A stretch of DNA of 64,000 nucleotides, taken from assembly GCF_004010195.1 (NCBI RefSeq), contig NC_057749.1, positions 13,638,543 through 13,702,542 on the forward strand. Reading direction: 5' to 3'. This document shows, piece after piece, positions 52,705-64,000 of this stretch. The notes under the pieces are model-generated. The model saw nothing but the letters and a program-made list of their open reading frames with translations. It was not told the DNA's origin and searched no databases. This DNA is from Chiloscyllium plagiosum. Taxonomy: Eukaryota. The position numbers and the translations under genes are program-made. Position 1 is the first letter of the stretch; each line of letters begins with the position of its first letter.

Positions 52705-52937
52705 GATTAGAATGGTGTTAGAAAAGCACAGCAATTCAGGCAGCATCCGAGGAGCAGGAAAATCGATGTTTTGGGCAAAAGCCCTTTATCAGAGTCTGCC
52801 TGTATTCCTGATGAAGGACTTTTGCCCCAAACGTCGATTTTCCTGCTCCTTGGATGCTGCCTGAACTGCTGTGCTTTTCCAGCACCACTCTAATCCAGAA
52901 TCTGGTTTCCAGCATCTGCAGTCATTGTTTTTACCTA
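52705..52937 (+). mobile_element. Penelope-derived hairpin insertion (family A)
   Basis: About 90-bp inverted arms plus tail. Direct repeat actgtatcttg at 52694-52704 and 52941-52951. Hammerhead-like ctgatgaaggacttttgccccaaacgtc at 52808-52835. Confidence 0.9.
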
Positions 52938-54488
52938 TGTACTGTATCTTGCATTTCCTACCATACACACACAAATCTATTAAAAAACAACATTTTGGCA
53001 TAGTTGAAAGTAATTGAAGCGGTCAAAAATAAGTAACATTTTTCTATACGAGAATTATGTGTGGTGTGCAGGTATGTGTGGACTATTTGATTTCTGGGGA
53101 TGTGGCTGGTGTTCATCTTATTATTACTGTAGGTCTTCCGTGCATTTAAAAAACAAGTATGCTCCTATGCATCAGAAAGTCAAGTACAAAGATATCAGGA
53201 TTCACTAAGACTGAAATATTAATGCTGAAAACATACTACAAATAATTCTTCCTATCAGTTATCTCCATCATTATACTACATTGACTTGGCAGCAGGCTAC
53301 AAGGGCTCAAATGACCCTACTATAACTTTTGTGCAACATACTGTACTTAAACAAGCACTGGAGACCACAAAGAAGAAAACAATACAGGGAGAGCACTTTA
53401 ACAGGAAAAGTAGAGACTAACAAAGCTGAAGAGATTTTACAATGTTTCTGAAGGCCGGATGAAGATAACAGATCAGAGTGGTTTTGTTGCAGAATTCCAG
53501 AGGACAGGTATGCTGTGAATGAAGTACTGTGTAGCAATATGAGGTTGTGTGTAATGAGGAAACATCAAGCAGGAGTTTGCAGTGATGTATAATATGGAAG
53601 TGGAGGTCGCTCAACAGATGTGAGGAGGAGGAGGAGAATAGTGATCTTTTAAGTTGATTTCTGAGGTATAGGGAACTTGGCAAAGATTGGCTAGCAGCTA
53701 TCATACTGAACTTCAGAAAGCTGGTTTTGACACAGAAATCTGGTTCTATGCAATAAGCAAAAATGTTTAATCATTAGGAGCCTTATACCTTTAGCACTAT
53801 TTTTTGGATTGATTATGCAATATATTTTTGTAAGAGAAATGATACAATATATTATATTTTGGACATCTCCCTCAGTAAGGAAATAGCAATTTTGATGCAA
53901 ATTGTTTGTTATCCAATGCTTAATGTTGGGAAGTGCAGTTTTATTACTCAATGCACTGGCTCACATTATCAAAGTGGTTACAGGTGATATTAAGAAATGT
54001 TAGGATTTCTTCAGTGAAGAGCAACCAGATCACTTCAAGCATTTATTTAAGGTATCTAAGAATAGAAACAAAGTTGGGTCAATGGAGTTCAGGGACAGAT
54101 CAGCCAAGATCTAATCAAAGAGTGTTAACAGACTTGAGCGGTTTAAGAGCCTACCAAATGCACTTTACTGCAAGAGTTATGTAAGATTTGTGCACTTTTC
54201 TCCTTGCTCCTTTATGATTATAGAAGCCAATCATAGCATCTAAGCCACTAGCAGAACACAGGGTCAGCCAATGAAGCAGAGACTAAAGTATGAAACTGGG
54301 GCATGTTTGACCTGCATAATTCAACACCGCATCTAATGGGTTATATACTCAGGTTCAGCTAATTTCTGTAATATACTCATAGACTTAATGAACAGGAAAA
54401 ATCCGAGCTACAGAAATGATCATTGTTTCCGCTATTTAATTGATAATTCTGTTGATCTGCAATTCATAGTTAACAAAACTCATCTTAC

Positions 54489-54726
54489 CTGAAAAGTGGG
54501 AAGGTCCAAAAATGCAAAACTGTTCAGAAAGCGAAGACTCTGGATTGCGACGTGAATGGTGTGCTGTGGGTAGGTTTCTGCAGGCGCGGAAATGTTATGG
54601 TCTGGGATTATACCATGAAGGAGGATGCAGTAAAGCATGTTGAGAACACCCACCAGCTCTGTAGCTTGCAGTGCTGCAATCAGACCAGTGGGGTCCTGCC
54701 TCTTGTTCTCAAATACACCTTGTGAC
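54489..54726 (-). CDS. SCAPER: SCAPER (S-phase cyclin A-associated protein in the ER) internal coding exon, 238 bp
   Basis: Minus strand reads tgttgttttggcag|G TCA CAA...TTT CAG|gtaag. Manual translation: SQGVFENKRQDPTGLIAALQATELVGVLNMLYCILLHGIIPDHNISAPAETYPQHTIHVAIQSLRFLNSFAFLDLPTFQ. This matches the recalled vertebrate SCAPER C-terminal region (RQDPTGLTAALQATDL...VAIQSLRFFNSFA). Absent from the ORF track. Confidence 0.95.
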
Positions 54727-55023
54727 CTGCCAAAACAACAGGTTAACCATCAGGGTAAAAGTGCTGGTGTCCCAGTGAGTTATAATGCCTCAAAGATTGC
54801 AAGGTTTGAGTAGTTGAGAATCAAATTGTTTTATGTCAGGGTTACAAAATCACAAAGAACACGAGGGGAATAGTCAACCTGTCCTGGAGGTACAAAATTG
54901 GTTTTAATCAACTGCTCTTCTGACATATCTCAACAGTTCTCTATTGTCTGTATTCAAATACATTTTTGAAAGCTGTTGTTAGATTTGTTTCCATCAGATT
55001 TTCAGACTGTGTTATATAAAAAT

Positions 55024-56581
55024 GGAGAAAGTGAGGACTGCCGATGCTGGAGATCAGAGTCGAGAGTGTGGTGCTGGAAAAGCATAGCAGGTCAGGCAAC
55101 ATCCGAGGAGCAGTAGAATTGACGTTTCAGGCATAAGCCCTTCATCATGAATGAAGCTTGTGGGCTGGGGGGCTGAGAGGTAAGTGGTTGCAGGGTCCCA
55201 AGATGGAATATGAGGTGTTCTTCCTCTAAGAAAGAACTTGGCAGAGTGGGTGGGGGGTTGAATTATTCAGCCACGGAGTGGTGGGGTAGGTTGGCGTGGT
55301 GTCCCTGAGATATTCTCTGAAATGATTGGCAAGTCGGTGCCCTGTCTCCACGATGTAGAGGAGACTACATTGGATGCAATGGATACACTAGATGACATAG
55401 GTGGAGATACAGGTAAATTTCTGATATGGAAGGATCCTTTGGGGCCTTGGATGAAAGTCGCAGGAGAGGTGTGGATGCAGGTTTTGCACTTCCTGCAGTG
55501 GAATGGGAAGGTGTTGGGAGTGGGGTGTGGTCTAGTGTGTGTGTGCGTGCGTGTGTGTGTATCTGACAAGGGAGTCACGGAGGGAATGGTCTTTCCAGAA
55601 TACTAATAGGGGTGGGGAGGAAAATATATATCTCTGGTGGATATCCTGGATGTAAGTTTGCTTGCTGAGCTGGAAGGTTCATTTTCAGATGTCACCATAC
55701 TAGGTAATGACATCAGTGAGCCTCTAGTGTTCGTGGCTGCTTTCTATTTATGTGTTTAGGTTTCCTTGGGTGGGTGATGTCATTTCCTGTTCTTTCTCTC
55801 AGGGTGGTAAATGGGGTCCAAGTCGATATGTTTGTTGATAAGAGTTCTGCTGGGAATGTTATGCTTCTAGGAATTCTCCGGTGTGTCTTTGTTTGGCTTG
55901 TCCTAGGATGGATGTGTTGTCCCAGTCGAAGTGATGTACTTCTTCATTTGTATGTAAGGATACGAGTGAGAGAGGGTCATGTCTTTTTGTGGCTAGATGA
56001 TGTTCATGTATCCTGGTGGCTAGTTTTCTGCCTGTTTATCCAATGTAGTGTTTGTTACAGTTCCTGCAATTTATTTCATAAATGACATTAGTTTTGCCTT
56101 TTGTCTGTATGGGGTCTTTCAAGTTCATTAGCTGCTGTTCTAGTGTGTTGGTTCGTTTGTGGGCTACCATGATGCCAAGAGGTCTGAGTAGTCTGTCAGT
56201 CATTTCCATATCTCTGGTGGTGGGGTCTGTTTGTAGGTGGCCAAACCCTTACCACCTGAGGCCTCATATTCTGCCTTGAGACCCTGTAAAAACATGGGAT
56301 CAATGTGGATTTCACCAGTTTCCTCACTTCCCCTCCCCCCACATTATCCCACTTCCAAGCCTCCAACTCGGTACCGCCCTCTTGACCTGTCCATCACCTT
56401 TTCCATCTATCCACCCCACCCTCCTCCCCGACCCCCAACCCCACCCCACTTCCATTTATCTCTCAGCACCCCCAGCCCACAAGCCTCATTCCTGATGAAG
56501 GGCTTATGCCCAAAACATCAATTCTCCTGCTCCCCGGATGCTGCCTGACCTGCTGTGCTTTTCCAGCACCACACGCTCGAC
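55024..56581 (-). mobile_element. Neptune-type PLE 3' portion with an inverted duplicated end (family A), hosting a nested element
   Basis: Tail at 55024-55155 is inverted by 56465-56581; HCRKCKTC linker in ORF 55267..55578; flanks ttatataaaaa / ttatattaaaaa. Confidence 0.88.
55641..56207 (-). mobile_element. Poseidon-type Penelope-like element 3' fragment (GIY-YIG)
   Basis: Manual minus-strand translation: EMTDRLLRPLGIMVAHKRTNTLEQQLMNLKDP..KTNVIYEINCRNCNKHYIG..GRKLATRIHEHHLA..HHFDWDNTSILG. 13-bp TSD atatctctggtgg (55628-55640, 56208-56220). Confidence 0.85.
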
Positions 56582-57309
56582 TTATATTAAAAAGTCTCAA
56601 CTCTATTATATACTGAAGTTTGTGAATTGGCTTTAAGTTCATTTCAACAGACTCTATATGATGTAGTTTGGACACATGCTAACTAAAGCTGGACATCTAT
56701 TCAGGACGAGATACCACCTCCACCAGGACAACTTCGAGTGCTTTGCCATTACATCTAATACAAAAATCTCCAGTTCAATGCAAAGCAAAGTTTACAAAAC
56801 CATAAAAGTTCCATTCTAAGAGTGCTAAAGGGACAGTAAAATTATCTCAAGCTATAGCTTTTCTAACACAGCCTCAGCTGAACATTTCCTCTTTAAATGG
56901 CAAAACCCGTTTACATCCTAGTCAAGTCTATCAAATAAACTGCATTTTCATATTTTTTCTGGATGTCAAAGATCCACTGTTTTGTTTTTGTCCTGGTGAA
57001 ATGTGCAAAGAGCAGAGCCTGAGTTTTTGAAGGTGAACAAGCATGAATAAATCAAATACTCTTTTTCAGCAGCCCGGCTCCACCCAGTGCCACTTGCAAG
57101 GTCAGTCAGCATTCATCTGTTTCCAGTGGAGCCATGAAGGATCGGGGGCCAACACGATGCCACTCATGCAGCCTTTGCTTCAGATTAACGTGTCTGAGTT
57201 TGTTTCATGAGCTTCAAATGGGAATTTATGTTTGTTTAATATCAGCTTGCTGTAATAACAGGGTTGGAGTGATATGAAACCACTGTGGAATTAGCTTTTA
57301 AAAAATATT

Positions 57310-57700
57310 AAATACAAAGACTTGCATTTAAAAAACGAACTTGCATTTACATGATGTCTTTCATAAATGAAGGACGTCCCAAAACATTTTATAGCCAAAT
57401 AAGTCTGTCTGAAGTGGAGTAACTATTGTGATAAAAGAAACACAGCAGCTAACTTGCACACAGAAAGGTCTCACAATCAGCAATATGAATACAACCAGAT
57501 AATCTGTTTGTTAAAATAATGTTCATTGAGGGATAAACATCGATGGGAGCAGTGCGGAGAATTCCCCACTTCTTTGTTGAAATAGTATCATGGGTCCTTT
57601 ACATTCACTTGGGAGGGCAGTCTGAGCCCACCAGAAGCAAGTGCAAACTTCAAAGTGCAACATTCCCTCAATGCTGCGTAGGCCGTGTTATATGGTCAAA
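57310..57700 (-). mobile_element. Deu-domain SINE (SacSINE1-like)
   Basis: Antisense Deu core gaaatagtatcatgggtcctttacattcacttgggagggcag and the shared 3' region. Confidence 0.6.
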
Positions 57701-58134
57701 TCTGTTAACAACCACCATCTTGATTCGACTGAAGCATGTTTATTCCAGTGATGCACTAGGTGACTGCAGATGTTCAGGGAACTGTACACTAGCAAAAATG
57801 AACACCTCTCGGAGACATGAGGGGAAAAAGCTATCAACCAAGAACTTTAATACAGAAGACTGGCTAGTGCGATAAAACAGATGAAGCAAATGACAATCAC
57901 TAGGAATGAAATCATTCTCTTTCCAACTGCATTTTGATTGAGCCCCCTCCCTAACTGGCCCTCACCTGTGTGGTCAGCATTGACCTTAAAGAGCTGTGCA
58001 TACAAATAAATAATTGGAAAGCAATGGTGATTTACTGGTGGTGGTTAATAAATGAAATAAAATAGCACGGGTGATGTGATGATGGGGAGAAAAATCATTT
58101 AATTGTATGTAAAAAGGGTAATGAAAACAGAAAG

Positions 58135-58235
58135 GCTCTTGTGTGTAGTGGCAGTATCCCTACCACTGAGTCAGGAGGCCTGGGTTCAAGTACCACCTGA
58201 TGCAGACGCATGTCGTAACACGTCTGAACAGGTTA
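58135..58235 (+). mobile_element. Short tRNA-derived SINE
   Basis: gtagtggcagtatccctaccactgagtcaggaggcctgggttcaagtaccacctg; same family as 18369-18467. Confidence 0.6.
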
Positions 58236-59796
58236 ATGACGAATAATAGAAATGAAAACATGCTTGCATAGGAGCTACCTCCAGCAAGGTCACTATAACT
58301 GGTTCTTGACTTTGTGTTTAAGAGCTAGATTCTGGCAACATCCAACCAAGAAAATGGGAGAGAAAATGGAGGTCTACAGGAGGACTGCAACCTGAAGGGC
58401 AGAGGCAAAAGGAAAACCTGTCATTGAACTGTATTATCAATACTATCACATTATAGCAGAAGCAACCTTCATATAAAATCAGTCAAATTAAATACACAAG
58501 TGTCAGTCAACTTCTTGACAGAATTGAATGCCTTAAGACCCTCACTCAATGTTTGATAGATTTCGTGATTACACAATGGTTTCGAGTGAAGTACCAGGTT
58601 GGGAATAAATTTCACTTAAACCATATGCCAGACTTCAGTAAAGGAGGGAAGAAAAATGGAGGGAAAAAATCTGTACTATAACGCATTTACTAAAAGAGAA
58701 TCCCCTGAATCATTTTGATAGAGGGAAATCTAAACTTGGGGTTCCATGGATGGTTACGAACCAATCAAAAGCAGCATTTATTGTTTACATAGTTGAAACT
58801 TCAGATTAGATTACATAGTAATGAATTCCAGGTCTTTCATCCTCCATATAAATCGGAGGCTGAGGTTACATTACCGACTTGCAATTAATCCCAGGTATCC
58901 ATTCATCCTCGTGATATAAATCAAGTGCACCCCATAATCAGTAATCACTTCCAGATCTTCAATATTCTCCAAGTAATTTCAGCTACTCAAAACAAACAGA
59001 ATGCCAGTCAATTAAAAGCATATAATACATTAAGAATTGCCCTCCAGTTGTTTTAATCTATATACTGGAATGGATATGCAAGTGCAAGTAAGGTAAACCT
59101 TGATTATCAAGACTTCCGCTATAATGCAAGTTTCACTGACTGCTGGAATGTGAAGAACAACAATTACCATATTAACTATCTTATTGAAAAAAAAGAAAGC
59201 AAACTGTTTTAAAGTTCATTCGAGTTTTATGCTTTTGATAATTTCCTTATTGTTTGCTTTAAGATTCTTTTAAGTTTGGTGGTTGTCATTTGTTCATCTT
59301 GCTACCTTGTGCAAGAGGTCAGAAGTCAGCTTTATTTTAACACGAGCCCAGCCCGGTGAATGTTAGCAAGCTATTTGATTGAGACGTCCAATACACATGC
59401 AACCACTCTTGTCCTTGCCTAATGTTCAGAGTATTTGTGGCCAGCAAAGACAGATACTAATGTCTCCCTCCCGATATTGGTGTTAAGGCTAATTGTTGCG
59501 CCTCTGCTGCTGTCCACAGTGAACATAACGGACTCAATAAATCAACCTTCTCATCAGTTTGGCTTTGTTCAATGTCAACTTTATCTACTGGAACATCAGA
59601 AGAGTCAGTTCTGGATAGTTTATCATAGCCAAAGTTGATATTTGAGTGATGCAAAGTACAATCACCAATGTGAGAATAGCACAGCGTTGATAAACAGATG
59701 ACATGAAACTAGCTACTTATGTCATGAATGAAGGACAAGCTCAAAACAGAAACACACAAAAAAAAAGGAAAGCTGTAATACTATCTATGCTTAACT

Positions 59797-61683
59797 CGGA
59801 ACATTCCTCATCACAATGGATGTTTCAGCACTCTACACCAGCATCCCCCACAATGATGGCATCGGGGCAACAACCTCAGTACTCAACACCAACAACTACC
59901 AATCTCTGAACACCATCCTACAACTCATCTGCTTTATCCTCGATCACAATGTCTTCACCTTTGACAACCACTTTTTCATCCAAACACATGGAACAGCCAT
60001 GGGGACCCCATTTGCACCCCAATGTGCCAACATCTTCATGCACAGGTTCGAACAAGACTTCTTCTCTACGCAGGATCTCCAACCAACATTATACACCAGG
60101 TACACTGATGACATTTTCTTCCTCTGGACCCATGGCAAGGAGTCACTGATAAAACTACACAGTGACATCAACAAGTTTCTTCACGCCATCAAACTCACCA
60201 TGGACTAAACTCGACTATCTATCTCACTCTTGGACACATACATCTTCATCAAGGATGGACACTTTAGCACCACACTCTACCGCAAACCCACAGACAACCT
60301 CACAATGCTACACTTCTCCAGCTTCCACCCAAAACATTTTAAAACAGCCATCCCCTATAGACAAACCCTGTGCGTACACCGGATCTGCTCAGATGAGGAG
60401 GAATGTGACAGGCACCTGGAAGTACTCAGGGATGCCCTCATAAGAACGGGGTACGATGCTCAACTCATCGACCGCCAGTTCCGATGTGCCACAGCAAGGA
60501 ACTGCAATGACCTCCTCAGGAGACAGACACGTGCTGCAACCGACAGGGTACCCTTCATTGTTCAGTACTTCCCAGGAGCTGAAAAACTGTGCCATGTTCT
60601 TTGTGATCTGCAACACACCAATGAGGATGAGCACCTCGCCAAGACCTTCCCCACACCTCCACTGCTTGCTTTTAAACAACTGCCAAACCTCAAACAGATC
60701 ATTGTTCGTAGCAAGCTGTCCGGCTTTCAGCACAGCTCCATACAACTCTGTCACGGTAGGCGTTGCAAGATGTGTCAGGGTGTGGACATGGATACCACCA
60801 TTGCGCGTGGGGACACTTCCCACTATGTATGTAGCAGGTACGCATGTGACTCAGCCAACGTTGTCTATCTTATACATTGCAGGCAAGGATGCCCTGAGGC
60901 ATGGTACATTGGGGAAACCGAGCAAAGGCTACAGCAACGGGTGAATGGGCACCGCACAACAATCAACAGACAGAAGTGTTCCCTCACAGTTGGGGAACAC
61001 TTCAGCGGTCCAGGACATTTGACCTCGGACCTTTGGGTGACCATCCTCCAAGGCGGACTTTGGGACAGGCAGCAGTGAAAAGTGGCCGAGCAGAGGCTGA
61101 TAGCTAAGTTCCGTACCCATAAGGAGGGCACTTAAGACACTCTACACTCACTACACACATGTATAGACTCTCACACTCACAACCCCCCAACACAGACACA
61201 AACACTCGGACACAAAGACCCACATGCACATATATTTTGTGGGGTGAATTTGTACTTTGTACTTTGCTGAAAAACTGCATGATTTCATGTAAAACTCTGT
61301 TATCTCACTTCTTAGATTAGAATCAATCTAAACATCATGGCATAGCAAAGAACACAGGGGGCTAACACCTTCAACATATTGTCTAGCTAACACTAATTGT
61401 TACAGTTAACCTGAGAATGCAACTATAAAAAAAAGTTTTGTGTTTTACACACGAAAGAAGCGAAACTATCATGGTATTCGACAGACAAAAGACTCAACAG
61501 GCAATTAAGGTATTTTTCAATGTATAATTTCAGTTACATCACACTGTAAATTTTTGCTATAAATTCTGTGCCTTACAATTGTGTCCTCCACAACTACCTG
61601 ATGAAGGAGCGGCGCTCTGAAAGCTCGTGCTTCCAATTAAACCCGTTGGACTATAACCTGGTGTTGTGAGATTTTTTACTGTG
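59797..61683 (+). mobile_element. Neptune-type Penelope-like retroelement (family B): RT, GIY-YIG and 3' tail; 5'-truncated
   Basis: MDVSALYTSIPH, QTHGTAMGTPFAP, RYTDDIF, LYRKPTD, CHGRRCKMC, NVVYLIHC..WYIGETEQRLQQRVNGH. The 3' end at 61580-61683 is the family B repeat. Confidence 0.93.
61595..61629 (+). ncRNA. Minimal hammerhead ribozyme motif at the PLE 3' end
   Basis: uac-CUGAUGA-A-GGAGC(ggc)GCUCU-GAAA-GCUC-gug; stem II closes with a G-U pair. Confidence 0.6.
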
Positions 61684-63926
61684 CTTAACTCAACTCTCAA
61701 CCTGCAGTGTGATGAAAGGGTGGAATTCAGGTTAACCATTAGAGTTGGAGTGTTGTTTGTGTAGAACTAAAATTATTGTGGCTGCTTTGGAATCTTATAT
61801 GTTGCTGTTTTTCCCTACAGCTCATCTTACTATCAAGATTGGAGAATGTACGGCACAGTGAGTATTTGTGGCCCACATGGATCTCTTTCCACACTATCAG
61901 CACTACCTTCTCTTCCTTTCTCCCTCATGTTTATCCAACTTCTCCTTAATGTGTCTATGCTATTTGTTTCAACTTCTCTACAATGGTAATGAGTTTCACA
62001 TTCTAATAATTGTATGCATAAAGAATCCATATTTAATTCATTAGTGATTATTCAGTTTATGGCCTCTGGTTTTGGTCTTCTCTACAAGTAGTAACTTCTA
62101 ATCTACATTTAACATTTCAAACCCTGACATAAATTTTAAGACCTCTATCAGGAAAGTCCCTTGAGAGAAAAGAAACCTACCCTATGCAAACATTGCTGAC
62201 AGATTTTATTTCTCAGTTCTCATTCTTGCAAATAATTGGTCACAGTAAAACAAGACAATCAAAAGAAAAGTACATAGCTGATTCTCATTACAGCGGATAA
62301 CTGTGAGCAAACATTTATCTGTAGATCATACTTGTATTTTCATGTTTTCATTTTTTTAAATAAATCCATATACTTTGAGGAGGCTTTTAACAAGTTGTGT
62401 ATGCAATGAATGGAAGATGAAAAGCAGGTGAGAGCTTAAAGGGGAAGACTTGCTCTTTGATAGCAATGTCAGTGGGAACCGTTCTATATCACACACAAAA
62501 CTAACTTTAATGGCTGTCACAGCACAACTGCCTAAATCAACATGAAAGAGTCACATTAACATGACAACGACATAATTTCCAAATTTTATAGGCATGCCAT
62601 GGACATATATTGAGGTTTCGTTATTGGCATCTGGTTAAAACATTTTGGAATCATTTGTCTGAAACTATTAAGGAAGCACTATCACCACAAATACTGCACG
62701 ATTCTAACAGGAGTCAGTTCCCAATTCTTGAGCGCAAGAGGTCAGCAATGAACATAACCAGCCAGTGCCAATGTTGTCCACATCTGCTGAATAGCTGTTT
62801 TTAAAAATGGATTACACAGCTGGTTTCTACAGCCCTGAGACCTAGCGAGAAAATGTCAACCAATGTTTCTGATCACAATCCAATGATACGTTGAGATGAA
62901 GGTAGGATTGGGTTTTCTTGCAACAGCCACAGTAGTTAAACTGTCTGCAAACACCTAATGTAACTACATTTAAACACAGAGCACGGTTAAATTAGGCAAA
63001 TTACATTGTGTTGGATGCCCATGAAATTGCTTTCAGAAAAGAGAGAGGGTGACATAATTGGTTAAAACAAAATAAAGAAATGCACACAAGTATTTTCGCA
63101 TGCAAGTGGGTAAAAAGCATCCGGCAGAACAGGACACAAAAAGCTGCAGGCACAGCACACATTTAAAGTACAAGGCTTTCTGTTAGTACTGCGATTGCTT
63201 CTCTATCTATTATTATCTGTCACTGGGCTTAAAACCTATAGAATAAATATTTTCATACAATTAAGTGGTTGGAATCCGATCTCAGTTCTTTGTGCATTAT
63301 TTATAAACATGACAATTTCATTAAGAGACCAGCCATATCGATTTATTTTCGCCTATACCAAGCAACAATTAGAATACTTGATGTACACTACAGCCTTTTG
63401 CAACTTCACAACCAACATTTGGAACAAAATACTTCAAATTGCCTGAAAACAGCTACATTTGCCTCTAATTAAAATATGACAGCAAGCTAACTGATCGTTG
63501 ACTAAATAACTCAGTCCTTCACCAAGAGTAATATAGTTGAGGCTGTGTATTATCACTTCTGCACAGATATTTATCACATAAATCCAAAAACAAAATGCTT
63601 TTTATTCTGTTCCAATTGTTAAGTGAGTAAAGACACTACCCACTCTTCTTCAATAGTGCATCTTGGGTTAAAATCCTGGTCTCATTTGATCTGAATATGG
63701 GCAGAGGCAGGGAGAGAACAATCTGCTGTTGAAGCAGAGAAATAAGAATTTGGCAGAAAAATAGTGGAAACCAAGCTGGAAGTAGTATTGGCATTGGAAT
63801 CTGTGGTCTAGATCATGGGAAAAGAAAACAGCAATGGATGAAGAGTGAATTCACTAATTTATAGTTTTGAGTTTGATTTTCATGAAATATATGCATATTA
63901 ATTGTAAAAACTAATTTAGTGATATA

Positions 63927-64000
63927 CAAAGGAACCTCGATTATCTGAACAAGATGGGCCGGCAGTATTTTGTTCAGATAATTGATTATTCGGCTAATTG
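63927..64000 (+). mobile_element. Probable left end of a Tc1/mariner (Tigger/pogo-like) non-autonomous DNA transposon
   Basis: TA followed by caaaggaacctcgattatctgaac, resembling pogo/Tigger TIRs; internal inverted subrepeat attatctgaacaa / ttgttcagataat. Cut off by the window edge. Confidence 0.45.

Noticed and set aside
52808..52835. Other hammerhead copies as active ribozymes (also 7072, 14286, 20012, 33376, 47597, 55120-55146, 56492)
   Set aside because: Each has substitutions in the CUGANGA or GAAA core, in stem II or in stem III, often from CpG decay.
60230..61078. 282-aa ORF as a domesticated GIY-YIG nuclease gene
   Set aside because: It is contiguous with a frameshifted PLE RT and PLE tail, with no splice signals or other sign of domestication.
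154..63472. The many 60-110 aa ORFs in the track
   Set aside because: Apart from those overlapping SCAPER exons or TE coding remnants, they have no recognisable motifs or splice context; many are antisense shadows of TE ORFs.

Overview
This is eukaryotic (vertebrate) genomic DNA, not prokaryotic. The repeat content (HE1/V-SINE-like SINEs, HER1/CR1 LINEs, Deu-domain SINEs, abundant Penelope-like elements) points to a cartilaginous fish, probably a shark; that assignment is inference. The window holds four GT-AG-bounded coding exons from the 3' part of SCAPER on the minus strand: 54726-54489, 51544-51395, 8533-8342 and 4505-4454. They splice in frame. The terminal exon and the upstream exons were not found and probably lie outside the window. 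The rest is intron, including one 42.9-kb intron, filled with decayed retroelements: many CR1 LINEs, one long frameshifted L1, Neptune- and Poseidon-type Penelope-like elements (PLEs), and tRNA-derived SINEs. The most distinctive signal is a set of short hairpin (inverted-repeat) insertions, flanked by target-site duplications (TSDs) and derived from PLE 3' ends. They carry minimal hammerhead-ribozyme motifs (CUGANGA-stem II-GAAA-palindromic stem III). One apparently intact hammerhead lies on the SCAPER pre-mRNA strand at 19548-19583. Other items of interest are a ~1.2-kb inverted CR1 pair, nested PLEs, and repeat-free motif-rich islands that may be conserved enhancers. Exon and TSD coordinates were counted by hand; TE boundaries are approximate.
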